From NCBI GenBank assembly GCA_963793705.1, contig CAWCBC010000013.1, positions 14,600-78,599 of the forward strand: a DNA stretch of 64,000 nt, written 5' to 3'. The notes under the pieces are model-generated. The model saw only the letters and a program-made list of their open reading frames with translations, was not told the origin of the DNA and searched no databases. Both the position numbers and the translations under genes were made by a program. Of this stretch, positions 29,980-40,109 are shown in pieces (the first letter of the stretch is position 1; each line of letters starts with the position of its first letter). Source of the stretch: an uncultured Acidobacteriota bacterium. GTDB taxonomy: Bacteria; Acidobacteriota; Vicinamibacteria; Vicinamibacterales; UBA2999.

Positions 29980-32023
29980 GGCCGCGACCTCAGCTCGATC
30001 GAGATCGCGCAGCGGCTCCGACGACTTGCGCGCGATGCGAAGCTCCTCGTGCGGTCCACACACCGGCCGGAAGTCGCACCAGGCGCAGGCACGCTCGTTC
30101 GGGGCGGCCGCGAGGAAGCCGAGCTCAATCGCGCGGTCGATGATCTCCAGCGCCTCGACGCCAGCGCGCCGCGCCTGCGGCAGCAGCGGAACCGGCCGAA
30201 CCTTGTACCCGCCTGCCGTCGTGCAGAAGAACAGGCGCGTTTCCGCCACCGGTTTGCCCATGACCTCCTCGATTGCCGCCGAGTAGAGGACCGGCTGCAG
30301 CGTCCCGCCACCGCCGATCACCAGTGTGTCTTTCGTGCGGTCCTTCCCCGTCTTGTGATCCGTCACGCGCAGGACGCCGGTCTGTTGGTGCTCTTCGACG
30401 AGATCCACCGCGCCGCGCAGCTTGAACCGTCCGTCAATCAGCACTTCCTCGCGCTGGCTTCTCGGGTCGCGTTCTTCCGATAGCGGCAGGCCGAACGACA
30501 GCTCGAAGTAGCGCGGGATCCAGCCCTCTTCTTCGGCGGTCCGCCGCAGCCAGCCGCGCAGGTCTCGCGCGATCACCGCGATCTCTTCCTGCCAGACGCG
30601 ATCGATCGCGGGGGCAAGCCGCTCTCGGTATTCGTCGGCGACCATCCGCGATGGCCTCCTCGAGGACGATGAGTGCTGCGCTCAGGCTCGCGGCCGTCAC
30701 CGGCAACGCGTTGAGCCGCTCGAGCTCGCGAGCGGTGACCGCCTGGATGCGATGGACGATGCTGCCGCGCGTGAGCGGGTCGAGCCGCTGCAACGGTTCG
30801 GGACGTTCGGCGGGCGCGAGCCGATAGACCGCGCTCAGAAAGAACTGATACGGACAGGCGCTGAACTTCTGGAGCGCAGAGATCGAATACGGCCGCTGCT
30901 GAAGCCGCTGCGACTCCAGTGCGCCGCGCGTGGCCTCGGTCACGCGCGTCAACCCATCGAGGTGCGACCACCGCGCCTGGCCCCGGCCCCAACGTTCGGT
31001 GACCGATCGGCGCAGCGATTCGTTCAGCCGAAGCAGGTATTGCGCGTGCCCGCGGACGGCGGCTGCATCCGTCGCCTCGAGCAGCGTCCGCAGAACGGAC
31101 AGGTCGTGTTCCTGATCGTCGATCGCCTCCGCGGGATCTTTCGGCGCGGGCCAGGCCAGCGTGGAGTCGCCGGCTGCGGCGGCTGCGCTCTTCAGGCGCT
31201 GCAGATCGGGAATCGCGCCCGTCGCGCCGCGCAGCACGTCGAGTGCGTAGAACGACGGGACGCGTTCGCGCCCTTCCGCGACATCCAGCCGTGGATAGGA
31301 CACATAGAGACGCTCGGTGGCCGCACCGGCGGCGAGGTGCAGCAGCACGCGCTCCCGCCGCGACCGCTCGGCCCGCGTGACCAGCGTCGATCCCACGACC
31401 TCCCTGGCTTCATCCAATAAGAGAGGATCCTGATCGGACTTCCGCGGGAACATTCGCTCCGCAAGCCCTGGCACGAACACCACGCGGAACGACCGCCCGC
31501 GGGCCTGCGCGGGACTGCCGACGAACACGCGCCCATAACGGCGTGACGGCGGGTCGCTGTCGACGCTGCGGAGCCGCTCCATCAGCACCATCCGGACTTC
31601 GTCCACCGACACCGGTCCGACCGACGCCATCGGCCGCAGGTCGGCCAGCACGCGGCGCACGTAGGCCGGCGCACGCAGCGTTCGCGGCGCAAGATCGTCC
31701 AGGCGCTCGAGCCATTCGCCCCAGCGGGCCAGCGGCGGCCACGCGGCCATCTCCGTGATGATCGGAAGCGCGAACGCTCCCAGATGCACGAGCCGCTGCC
31801 GATCGTCGTCGATGGCGGCAAGTCGGGCAGGCGACGGATCGTCCCTCTCGATCTCGCGACGACGCGCGCGCAGCTCTTCGTCGAATCCGTCGAGCCGCCG
31901 TCGCCAGCGGCCGGGACCACCGCCAACGACCGCGGCTTCGACGAGCATCCGCTCCCATCGCCGCGGCGTGCGGAGGCTTCCTGCCAGCACCGCGTTGTCC
32001 TCGTCGTCTGCGGCGGTCGTCAC
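29976..32023 (-). CDS. AddB-like PD-(D/E)xK nuclease subunit, C-terminal two thirds; frame correction near 30640 and at the 3' end
   Basis: [14 protein letters not shown]..., [26 protein letters not shown] and the Cys cluster [14 protein letters not shown] start at 32023, directly after a REP hairpin. Confidence 0.7.
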
Positions 32024-32027
32024 GGTC

Positions 32028-32053
32028 GGGCCGACCTGAAGGTCGGCCCCTAC
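32028..32053. repeat. REP-like hairpin GGGCCGACC-TGAA-GGTCGGCCC followed by CTAC, inside the addB-like gene
   Basis: Perfect 9-bp stem. The CTAC 32050-32053 contains the TAG stop (minus strand) of ORF 32050..33276. Confidence 0.8.
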
Positions 32054-33276
32054 TGCTCTCCCTCGACTGCTTCTCCCTCGACTGCTTCTCCCTCGACCGC
32101 CGCCGCGCCGAAGACTTCGTCCTCAGACGCAATCCAGGTCGCCTGAGGCTGGTCCGGATCCGGCAGCTGGCCGAGGGAGAGGTACTCGGCAAATCGCGAC
32201 GCAGACAGACCCTCCGCGGCGCATGCGAGCAGCGCAAGGAAGGCCCGGCCCGCCGGATGCGGGCGGCGCGAGCCGCGATCGAACCAGCCGCGGACGCCGG
32301 CGCGCTCGAACGCGTGCTCGAGCAGTCCGTGGTAGTGCTCCGGCGAGCGGACGAAGACGGCCATCTCGTCGAACGGCACGCCCGTGCGCGCTTCGCGCAA
32401 CACACGGCGGGCGATCTCGACGCACTCGCGTCCCTCGCCCGGCGCCGAGAAGAACTCGAGCGAGCCATCCAGATCGCGTCGGTCCGGAGCCTCGTCCGAG
32501 AAGAGACAGGCGCGCAGGTGATCGAGGTCGGACCGACGTGCACCAGCCACGGTCTCGACCCCACCACCGCACCGCTCGAGCGCCAGCCGCGCGGACTGGT
32601 CATGAGCAGGAACAGTCGCCAGGACCTCGCTCGCCACTGCAACCAGCGCGCTGACGAACGTTTCCTCCATCGCCGTGTCGATCGGCAGGTCCACCAGCAG
32701 CAGCGGCGCGCGCAGAAAGGCTTCACTGGCGACGCCCGCGGCGGCCGTCGCGAACAGCGCCGCGCGGTCGGCTGTTGATGCGTCCATCAGCTCGGCTTCC
32801 GCCTGTTGCGCCAGCGCCACGAGGTCGTGTCCGGCGCGACCGGCGTTGACCAGCGTCGCGGCCGGAATGCCGGCCAGGCGAACGTCGGTCAACGTTCGCG
32901 CGAGCGCGCGCGGAAAGCCGGGCGTTCGGGCGACGACGCCGAAGTAGTCGAGCGTGCCGGCTTCGGCTGCGTCGAACGCGACGCGGCTGGCCACGGCTTC
33001 GACACCCAGCGCGGTGCTTGGGGCAATACCTTCGCCGGCCAGGCGCGTTGCCGCAACGCGGGCCGCAAGCTGCGTCAGGCTGAAGCGCGAGATGCCGATC
33101 GTCGCGCCACGCCGGGTCGCCACACGACGTGCAAGGTCATCGGCCGCGCCGCGCGTCGCTGCCACGATGGTGATGAGCTGGTCGGAAGGAAAGCGATCAA
33201 GGAAACCGGCAGCGCGGTCGAGCCGGATGGCTGCCGAAGCGGATTCGACGATCGAGAACGGGCGGGCTGCGGACAT
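32050..33276 (-). CDS. AddB-like subunit, N-terminal third (helicase-like inactive domain), ending in (AVEGE)x3
   Basis: 408-aa ORF that is collinear with the following ORF. The sequence ...SLGQLPDPDQPQATWIASEDEVFG / [repeat + REP] / [30 protein letters not shown] reads like one continuous protein interrupted by 29 nt including a stop. Confidence 0.65.
   Translation of the reverse strand: MSAARPFSIVESASAAIRLDRAAGFLDRFPSDQLITIVAATRGAADDLARRVATRRGATIGISRFSLTQLAARVAATRLAGEGIAPSTALGVEAVASRVAFDAAEAGTLDYFGVVARTPGFPRALARTLTDVRLAGIPAATLVNAGRAGHDLVALAQQAEAELMDASTADRAALFATAAAGVASEAFLRAPLLLVDLPIDTAMEETFVSALVAVASEVLATVPAHDQSARLALERCGGGVETVAGARRSDLDHLRACLFSDEAPDRRDLDGSLEFFSAPGEGRECVEIARRVLREARTGVPFDEMAVFVRSPEHYHGLLEHAFERAGVRGWFDRGSRRPHPAGRAFLALLACAAEGLSASRFAEYLSLGQLPDPDQPQATWIASEDEVFGAAAVEGEAVEGEAVEGEQ
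32053..32097. repeat. 15-nt tandem repeat x3 (CTGCTTCTCCCTCGA type), coding (AVEGE)3 on minus strand
   Basis: ctgctctccctcgac tgcttctccctcgac tgcttctccctcgac read directly. Confidence 0.85.
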
Positions 33277-33404
33277 GAGTTCCCTCCCGGGCGCTGTGCC
33301 GGGTATCCGAAACGGAAGTCCCTCAGCCTGTTTCGCCGAAGAGTGCAGCGCGAAGGCGGACCACCGTGCACCGGGGACGATATCACGGCCTACCGCGACT
33401 GCGA

Positions 33405-33773
33405 TCAGCGGTAGTCGTTCTCTTTGAGAACAATCACCCAGGCGCGGCGCTCAGCGATCTTGCCGTCGCGCATGACGAACACCTCGGCCATCGACATGCG
33501 CATCACTCCACCTGCGGCGCGCTTCGCGGTGCCGGTTAGTTCTGCCATGACGACGTCGCCCTGCTCGACCATGCGCACGACCTCCAAGTCGGGAGGGTCG
33601 ATGAACTCGGGCGCACCGTCGATGGCCTTGTCGTAGGCCTCTTTGCCAGTCAGACGGAAAGCGCCGAAGACGGTCCACTCGATGTCGTCGGTCAGGCAGG
33701 ACAGGATCTGCCCGTGATCATTCTTGCGGAAGCCGTCCAGGTAGGTCTTAACGGTCTCGATGTTCTGCGACAT
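33405..33773 (-). CDS. SnoaL-like / NTF2-fold (ketosteroid-isomerase-like) protein
   Basis: Start moved to MSQNIETVKTYLDGFRKNDHGQILSCLTDDIEWTV... (ATG 33773). Typical SnoaL-like wording; 122 aa. Confidence 0.7.
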   Translation of the reverse strand: MSQNIETVKTYLDGFRKNDHGQILSCLTDDIEWTVFGAFRLTGKEAYDKAIDGAPEFIDPPDLEVVRMVEQGDVVMAELTGTAKRAAGGVMRMSMAEVFVMRDGKIAERRAWVIVLKENDYR

Positions 33774-33840
33774 GTCTTTTCGTTCCCCGTGGTTCGAAGT
33801 CGGTATTGTCTGCTTGTTTGTTAGTATTCGAGGGCCGTCG

Positions 33841-35373
33841 ATGAAACGCGCACTCATCTTCGTCCACCGCTGGCTGGGCGTGGCGCTCTGCCTGATCTTC
33901 CTGCTCTGGTTCCCGTCCGCGATCGGGATCATGTATTGGGACTTCCCCGACGTGCGGACGGCACACCGCGTCGCGCACGCGGTCCCGATCGACGCGTCGA
34001 AGATTCGGCTCTCGCCCGCCGAGGCCTACGCGACGCTCGGCGTGAACGACGAGCCCGAGTCAGCACAGCTGGACACCTTTGACGGCCGTCCCGTCTATCG
34101 CTTCAGCAGCGACAACGGCGACCACGTCGTCTATGCGGACACCGGTGAGGAACAGCTCGAGGTGTCTGACGCGATGGTGCAGCGGATCGCCGAGGCGTGG
34201 ACGAAGCAGCCGGTGAGCGCCGCCCGCGTCGAGAACGTCACAGACACCGATCAGTGGACCGTGCAGATGCGGATTGCGGACCTGAGCCCGCTCTGGAAGT
34301 TTACATGGCCGAACGGCGAGCAGGTCTACGTCACCCAGACGACCGGCGACGTCGTGCAGCACACGACGACCGGATCGCGCCTCGGCGCGTATGTGGGCGC
34401 CATTCCCCACTGGCTGTATTTCACGCCCCTCCGCAAGAACGGCCCGCAGTGGAGCCGCGTCGTCATCTGGTCGTCCGGCATCGGCACGTTCGCGGCGATT
34501 CTCGGCGTGATCATCGGCACCTGGATGTATTCACCGCGGAAGCGTTATCGATACGACGGCTCACCGAGCAGCATTCCGTATCGCGGACAGAAGCGCTGGC
34601 ATACGGTGCTCGGGCTGATCTTCGGCGTCGCGACGGCGACGTGGGCCTTCAGCGGGATGCTGTCGATGGATCCGTTCCCGTCGCGCGAGACCGGCGGCGG
34701 TCCGCTGCGCCGAGGCGTCGATCGGCCGACCATGCAGCAGGCCCTGCGCGGACAGATGCCGTTTGCGGCGTTCGCGGCGAAGGATCCGCGCGAGGCGCTC
34801 CGGCAGCTCGGAGACGTGCAGGTCAAGGAGCTCGAGTTCGCGTCGTTTGCCGGCGAGCCCGTTTACCTGGCGACGCTCGCGCCCGGCGACACACGGATCA
34901 TTCCGGTCAAGGGCGAGCCACGAGCCGCGTTCGATCAGCAGCGGATTATCGACATCGTCCACACCGCGGCCGGGCCCGGCATGGTCGAGACCAGCGTGCT
35001 CACGCAATACGACCGCTACTACCTCGATCGCCGGCGTCAACGCCCGCTGCCAGTCATCCTGGCGCAACTGTCCGACGAGGCGCACACGCGGTACTACATC
35101 GATCCGCAGACCGCCCGTATCGTCGGCAGCTACGACTCCAGTGCATGGGTCAGCCGCTGGCTGTACAACGGCCTGCACTCGCTGAATTTCCCGTGGCTGT
35201 ACAACTACCGGCCGCTGTGGGACATCGTGGTGATCACGTTCATGCTCGGCGGGACGGCGCTCTGCGTGACGTCGCTGATCCTGGCGTGGCGGGTGCTGGG
35301 CAGGAAACTGCGCGGGGTTGTGCCTGGGAGTGCGCGCGACGCGATCTCCGACGATCTCGCGCTGGCCGACTAG
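33841..35373 (+). CDS. PepSY-associated TM-helix protein (PiuB-like membrane protein)
   Basis: Start at MKRALIFVHRWLGVALCLIFLLWFPSAIGIMYW (33841). Repeated HxWLG/HWLYF-type TM motifs, with the C-terminal TM preceded by WLYNGLHSLNFPWLY. Confidence 0.75.
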   Translation: MKRALIFVHRWLGVALCLIFLLWFPSAIGIMYWDFPDVRTAHRVAHAVPIDASKIRLSPAEAYATLGVNDEPESAQLDTFDGRPVYRFSSDNGDHVVYADTGEEQLEVSDAMVQRIAEAWTKQPVSAARVENVTDTDQWTVQMRIADLSPLWKFTWPNGEQVYVTQTTGDVVQHTTTGSRLGAYVGAIPHWLYFTPLRKNGPQWSRVVIWSSGIGTFAAILGVIIGTWMYSPRKRYRYDGSPSSIPYRGQKRWHTVLGLIFGVATATWAFSGMLSMDPFPSRETGGGPLRRGVDRPTMQQALRGQMPFAAFAAKDPREALRQLGDVQVKELEFASFAGEPVYLATLAPGDTRIIPVKGEPRAAFDQQRIIDIVHTAAGPGMVETSVLTQYDRYYLDRRRQRPLPVILAQLSDEAHTRYYIDPQTARIVGSYDSSAWVSRWLYNGLHSLNFPWLYNYRPLWDIVVITFMLGGTALCVTSLILAWRVLGRKLRGVVPGSARDAISDDLALAD

Positions 35374-35774
35374 ACGCGGTTGCTCAGAATCAGCTCTTTG
35401 AGAAGGTGACGATGGCACTGCTTGGCGTCATCGTCGCAATGGCACATCAGCGTGACGTTTCCCTCGCGCGCCATGGCCTTGATCAACCGCAGCGTTGACT
35501 TCTGTCCGTGGTTCTTGATCGTCGTGTTCCGTGCGTCGATCGACCCGTCGAGAAACATCTCTTTCTTGAAGTCGCGGGTAAACGCGGCCCATGTCATCTT
35601 GCCGCCCTGGACGGCCTTGAGCAGTTTCTCGCTCGGCCCCAGCGACGGCATCCAGACGTCATAGAGCGTGCTGGGCGTTCCTCTGCCGCGAAACCGCGTC
35701 GCCAGGATGCGGAGGCCATCGTTTTCGGAGTCGACCGGTGCGTGGACGGACTTCGTCTTGAGCATGTCCCGCAA
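35370..35774 (-). CDS. DUF488 (YeaO-like) family protein
   Basis: GLRILATRFRGRG...WMPSLGPSEKLLK...WAAFTRDFKKEM...VTLMCHC...CHRHLL follows the DUF488 pattern. Confidence 0.7.
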   Translation of the reverse strand: MRDMLKTKSVHAPVDSENDGLRILATRFRGRGTPSTLYDVWMPSLGPSEKLLKAVQGGKMTWAAFTRDFKKEMFLDGSIDARNTTIKNHGQKSTLRLIKAMAREGNVTLMCHCDDDAKQCHRHLLKELILSNRV

Positions 35775-35815
35775 TTATCCTCGCGCTAACCTTTCATTTC
35801 ATGCACTGAATCCAC

Positions 35816-36766
35816 GTCCGCCTGAAGGCGGACACTACGACGATTTAGTCCGGCTGATGCTGGACCTCACGACCGAGCTGCTCCGTCATCCCTTGACCAG
35901 CAATGAGACTGCACTACGATACGGCGCGTATGCGACACGCGGTGATTGCGGCAGTGATGATCATGACGGGGGTCCACCAGGCCTGGGCGCAACGTGCATG
36001 GGCGCACCATCGTTCCGCGAGAAGCCGATGCAGGGCGGGCTCACGGCATCGTTTGTCGGCGAGCGGCATGAGGTCGGTGGCACATTTGCCGCAGGCAAGC
36101 CGTCTCTGTTCGGCAGCGTCGGCGTCCTCGCGACGCACATTTCGTTTCTGGGCACGGCTCCTACATTGACACTCGGCGTCGGCACCGAAGTGCCCTCGGC
36201 CGATCATCCGGTGTTCACCTGCCCGCTGCTTCAGGTGGCGTTCACCTCGGGACCGGACGTTGAGCCGTTCGACACGTCGATCATCGGCGTTCGCGGCGGC
36301 ATCAGCGTCGGCGCCATCGTTGCCCGAGTTGCCTGCCGAGAACGGGATTTCCAGCGCGGGGATGACCTAACCCACCGCTAGCCTCCACTAACCGGACACT
36401 ACGCCGGATCGCTGGCAGGTCCGGCGTGCGCCGGACATCGACAAGGCGCCGCGGGCATGCGGCAAGCCGTTGCGTAGGCCAGGCCGACATCCAGCCGAAG
36501 GCGGAAATCGGGCGGAGCGATTCATCCGCGCGTCTTCCGTCTACGCGTTCGAGTTGCAATGAATCAGCTCGGACGTTTAGTGCCGTGCAATGGATCAGCA
36601 GCGAATAGCCGCTAGACGCGCGGGAACCGGCAGGGTACGAGCGAGGACCGATTTCCCGGCCGCAGCCTCCGCAACGGCGGCCGCATGTCCGTGGCGCCCT
36701 CGCCAGGTCCGGCTGAAGCCGGACACTACGTCGACACGAAGGCGGACCTGACAAGGTCCGCCCCAC
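35816..36766. repeat. About 1 kb region with at least five REP-like hairpins of the GTCCGSC-TGAA-GSCGGAC-ACTAC type
   Basis: Hairpins at 35816-35838, 35848-35870, 36419-36436, 36707-36729 and 36741-36766, plus a half-copy CCGGACACTAC at 36392-36402. Confidence 0.7.
35930..36381 (+). CDS. Possible small secreted protein, frameshifted
   Basis: MRHAVIAAVMIMTGVHQAWAQ signal-like start (ORF 35903..36169) joins ...GGLTASFVGERHEVGGTFAAGKPSLFGSVGVLATHISFLGTAPTLTLGVGTEV... in ORF 35668..36381. Weak evidence. Confidence 0.3.
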
Positions 36767-36817
36767 GAGCGACACGCACGATCGATACGCGCACGATCGA
36801 CAGCGTGATCGACACGC

Positions 36818-37447
36818 TCAGGGAGCCAGCCGATCCCGGCGCCAGCCCGAAGCCTCCCGCTGATAGCGCAGGCGATCGTGAAGGCGACTTGGACGGCCCT
36901 GCCAGAACTCGAACTCGGCGGGGATCACGCGATAGCCGCCCCACCACGACGGCCGAGGAATGATCTCGCCGTACGCCTCGCGCGCGACGTTGTAGCGCGA
37001 CTCCAGCGCCTCACGGCTCTCGATCACCTCGCTCTGGGTGGAGGCGTAGACGCTCCAGCGGCTCTCGATCGGACGCGTCGCAAAGTACGCGTCCGACTCG
37101 GCTTCATCGATCTTCTCCACCAGCCCGTCGACCCGGACCTGTCGGACAAGCGACGGCCAGTAAAACAGCAGCGCCGCACGTCCGGTGTCATCCAGCTCCC
37201 GCGCCTTGCGGCTGTTGTAGTTGGTGTAGAAGACGAACCCGCGCTCGTCCACGCCCTTCAGCAACACGGTTCGAACGGAGGGACGGCCATCGCGCGTGGA
37301 TGTCGCCAGCGCGAACGCGGTGGGATCGGCCTCGAGCTCGCGCACCTGGTCGAACCAGCGCGCGAACTGCGTGACCGGATCGGGATCGGACTCGGTTTCG
37401 CTCAGCGGGTCGCCGCTGTAGTCGCGTCGGATGTTGGCGATGGACAT
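36818..37447 (-). CDS. pdxH: Pyridoxamine 5'-phosphate oxidase
   Basis: RPSVRTVLLKGVDERGFVFYTNYNSRKARELD...ALLFYWPSLVRQVRVDG...YFATRPIESRWSVYASTQS...WGGYRV...EFWQGRPSRLHDR are canonical PdxH motifs. Confidence 0.9.
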   Translation of the reverse strand: MSIANIRRDYSGDPLSETESDPDPVTQFARWFDQVRELEADPTAFALATSTRDGRPSVRTVLLKGVDERGFVFYTNYNSRKARELDDTGRAALLFYWPSLVRQVRVDGLVEKIDEAESDAYFATRPIESRWSVYASTQSEVIESREALESRYNVAREAYGEIIPRPSWWGGYRVIPAEFEFWQGRPSRLHDRLRYQREASGWRRDRLAP

Positions 37448-37453
37448 TGGGAT

Positions 37454-37477
37454 GGCACCCCTGAAGGGGCGCCCTAC
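37454..37477. repeat. REP-like hairpin GGCACCCC-TGAA-GGGGCGCC followed by CTAC
   Basis: Lies in the 26-nt gap between the clpA stop and the pdxH start. CTAC 37474-37477 contains the clpA TAG stop. Confidence 0.75.
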
Positions 37478-39714
37478 GACCCGACCGCCAGGCGGATCTC
37501 GCCGCCGTCAACGACGATGCGGACCACGCCGCCCTCGGACAGCGATCCGAACAGCAGCGCTTCCGACAGCGGCTTCTTGACGACACGCTCGATCAGGCGG
37601 GCCATCGGACGCGCGCCGAACGCACGGTCGAACCCCTTCTCCGCCAGAAATGCTCGCGCCTCCGGAGTCAGCTCGATCGTCACGCGCCTGGCGGTCACCA
37701 TCGACCGCAGCTCGTCGATCTGCTTGTCCACGACCTTCTCGATCTCGGCCGTCCCGAGGACGTGGAAGGTGACGATGGCGTCGAGACGGTTGCGGAACTC
37801 GGGCATGAACATGCGCTCGAGCGCCCCGCGCGACGAGGCGCCGATGGCGCTATCGCCGAAGCCCACCCGCCGATCCGACAGGTCGCGCGCGCCCGCATTG
37901 GTCGTCATGATCAGGATGACGTGGCGGAAGTCGGCCTTGCGGCCGTGCGAATCCGTCAGCGTGGCGTGGTCCATGACCTGCAGCAGGATGCTGAACATGT
38001 CCGGATGCGCCTTCTCGATCTCGTCGAGCAGCAGCACCGCGTGCGGCGCCTTGCGAATGGCGTCGATGAGCAGGCCGCCTTCCTCGTAGCCGACGTATCC
38101 CGGCGGCGCGCCGATCAGCCGCGACACCGCGTGCTTCTCCATGTACTCGGACATGTCGAAGCGGATGAACTCGATGCCGAGGATGCGGGCGAGCTGGCGG
38201 GCCAGTTCCGTCTTGCCGACACCCGTCGGCCCGGCAAACAGGAAGTTGGCGATCGGCTTCTCGGCGCTGCGCAGACCGGAGCGCGACATCTTGATCGCCG
38301 ACGCGACCTCACCAATGGCGTCGTCTTGTCCGAAGATGACGCGCTTCAGCTCGACGTCCAGCGCCTGCAGCGCGCGCTTGTCGTCGGCCGACACCGCCTG
38401 CACCGGCACGCGCGCCATCTTGGCGACAATCTGCTCGATCTGCTCAGGGCCAATCTGTCCCGAGGCGCTGCTCCGCCGGCAACAGCTTCTGCGCCGCACC
38501 CGCCTCGTCGATCACGTCGATCGCCTTATCGGGCAGGTGCAGGTCCTGCAGGTGGCGCGCCGACAGCGACACCGCCGCCTCGAGCGCTTCGTCCGTATAG
38601 CGGACGCCGTGATGGAGCTCGTAATGCGGGCGGAGGCCTTTGAGAATGTCCAGCGTCTCAGACTCGGACGGCTCCAGCACGTCAATCTTCTGGAACCGGC
38701 GCGACAGCGCGCGGTCGCGGTCGAACGACTGCTTCACGTCGCTGAACGTCGTCGATCCGATGCACCGCAACGACCCGCTTGCCAGGGCCGGCTTCAGGAG
38801 ATTGCCGGCGTCCATCGCGCCGCCGGACGCGGCGCCGGCGCCGACCAGCGAGTGAATCTCGTCGATGAACAGAATGGCGTTCTCTTCCTTCGAGAGGCGA
38901 TCGAGCACCTGCTTGACGCGCTCTTCGAAGTCGCCGCGATACCGCGTGCCGGCGATGAGCGCGCCGAGGTCGAGCGCGAACACCTTGGAGTCCTTGAGCA
39001 CTTCGGGCACGTTGCCCTGATGAATGCGAAGCGCCAGACCCTCGGCGAGGGCGGTCTTGCCAACGCCAGGCTCGCCGACGAGCAGCGGGTTGTTCTTGCG
39101 CCGTCGGCAGAGCACCTGGATCATCCGCTCGAGCTCGAGCGTTCGGCCGATGAGCGGGTCGATCAGTCCTTCAGCGGCACGCGCCACCAGATTCGTGGCA
39201 TAGGCCTCGAGCGGATCGCTGCTGGGCGGCGCCGGGTTATCGCCGGTCGCCGGCACGGCGGGCGAGTCGCTCCGAGGGCCGTGCGAGATCACACGGAGCA
39301 GCGTCAGGCGATCGATGCCCTGGGCGCGCAGGAAGTACGCCGCGTGGCTCTCTTCCTCGCGAAGGATGAACACCAGCAGGCTGCCGCTGTCTACGTGGGT
39401 GGCGCTCGACATCGCGGCGTGCACCATCGCCTGCTGCATGACGCGGTCGAAGCCAAGCGTCGGTTCCGGCTCGACGGGCTCGATGAGGGCACGGGCGTAA
39501 ACGCCTTTGCCAGCACCTCCTGGAGCTGCCCCTTCATGGCGTTCACGTCCGCGCCACAGGCCACCAGAATCCGCCGCGCCTGCGGCTCGTCAGCGATGGC
39601 GATGAGCAGATGCTCGAGGCCAACGGTGTCGTGCCGAAGGTCGGTCGCCAGCCGGAACGCACGCTGGATCGTCTCCAACGTCTCCGGCGCGAAAGGAACA
39701 GGACTCTTGCTCAT
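37474..39714 (-). CDS. clpA: ATP-dependent Clp protease ATP-binding subunit ClpA; two frame corrections (near 38470 and 39410)
   Basis: N-domain (39391..39714), D1 with GEPGVGKT (38444..39439), D2 with GPTGVGKT and the sensor region (37474..38499). Start overlaps the clpS stop. Confidence 0.9.
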
Positions 39715-40031
39715 TCGGCTTCCATCGTCACCAGCAGCGGGAACTCGTGCTCTTCGGCCAGCTGCCTGGTGGTCTTCACTTTCGTCTGGGCCACGTCGTA
39801 GGTATAGACGCCCGCGATGCCCATTCCGGTCCGGTGGACGCTCATCATGATGTCGAACGCCTCACTCAGCTCCTTGTTGAAGATCGTTTCCAGCACCCAG
39901 ACGACGAAATCCTGCGTCGTGTAGTCGTCGTTGTGCAGCAGCACGCGCCACATCCGCGGGCGCTCGACCTGCTGGTCGCTCTGCGGCTCAATGACGACAG
40001 ACTCATCCGGGCGCGCACCGATCGAACTCAA
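39711..40031 (-). CDS. clpS: ATP-dependent Clp protease adaptor ClpS
   Basis: RPRMWRVLLHNDDYTTQDFVVWVLETIFNK...MMSVHRTGMGIAGVYTYDVAQTK is a canonical ClpS core. The start codon is uncertain (TTG as printed). Confidence 0.85.
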   Translation of the reverse strand: MSSIGARPDESVVIEPQSDQQVERPRMWRVLLHNDDYTTQDFVVWVLETIFNKELSEAFDIMMSVHRTGMGIAGVYTYDVAQTKVKTTRQLAEEHEFPLLVTMEAE

Positions 40032-40108
40032 AACTCAGAACTCACCAACTCGAAACTCAAGACTCAAGACTCAAGACTCACAACTCAAGACTCACAACTC
40101 AGACTCCA
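40025..40108. repeat. Heptamer simple repeat CTCAAGA (about 12 degenerate units) filling the aat-clpS gap
   Basis: aactcaaa actcagaa ctcaccaa ctcgaaa ctcaaga ctcaaga ctcaaga ctcacaa ctcaaga ctcacaa ctcaga read directly. Confidence 0.85.
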
Positions 40109-40109
40109 C

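Noticed and set aside
31410-32726. 438-aa minus-strand ORF and 461-aa ORF 11535..12920
   Set aside because: They are alternative frames of the addB-like and MATE genes. The translated text is Arg/Pro/Ser-rich, whereas the chosen frames carry family motifs and TM helices.
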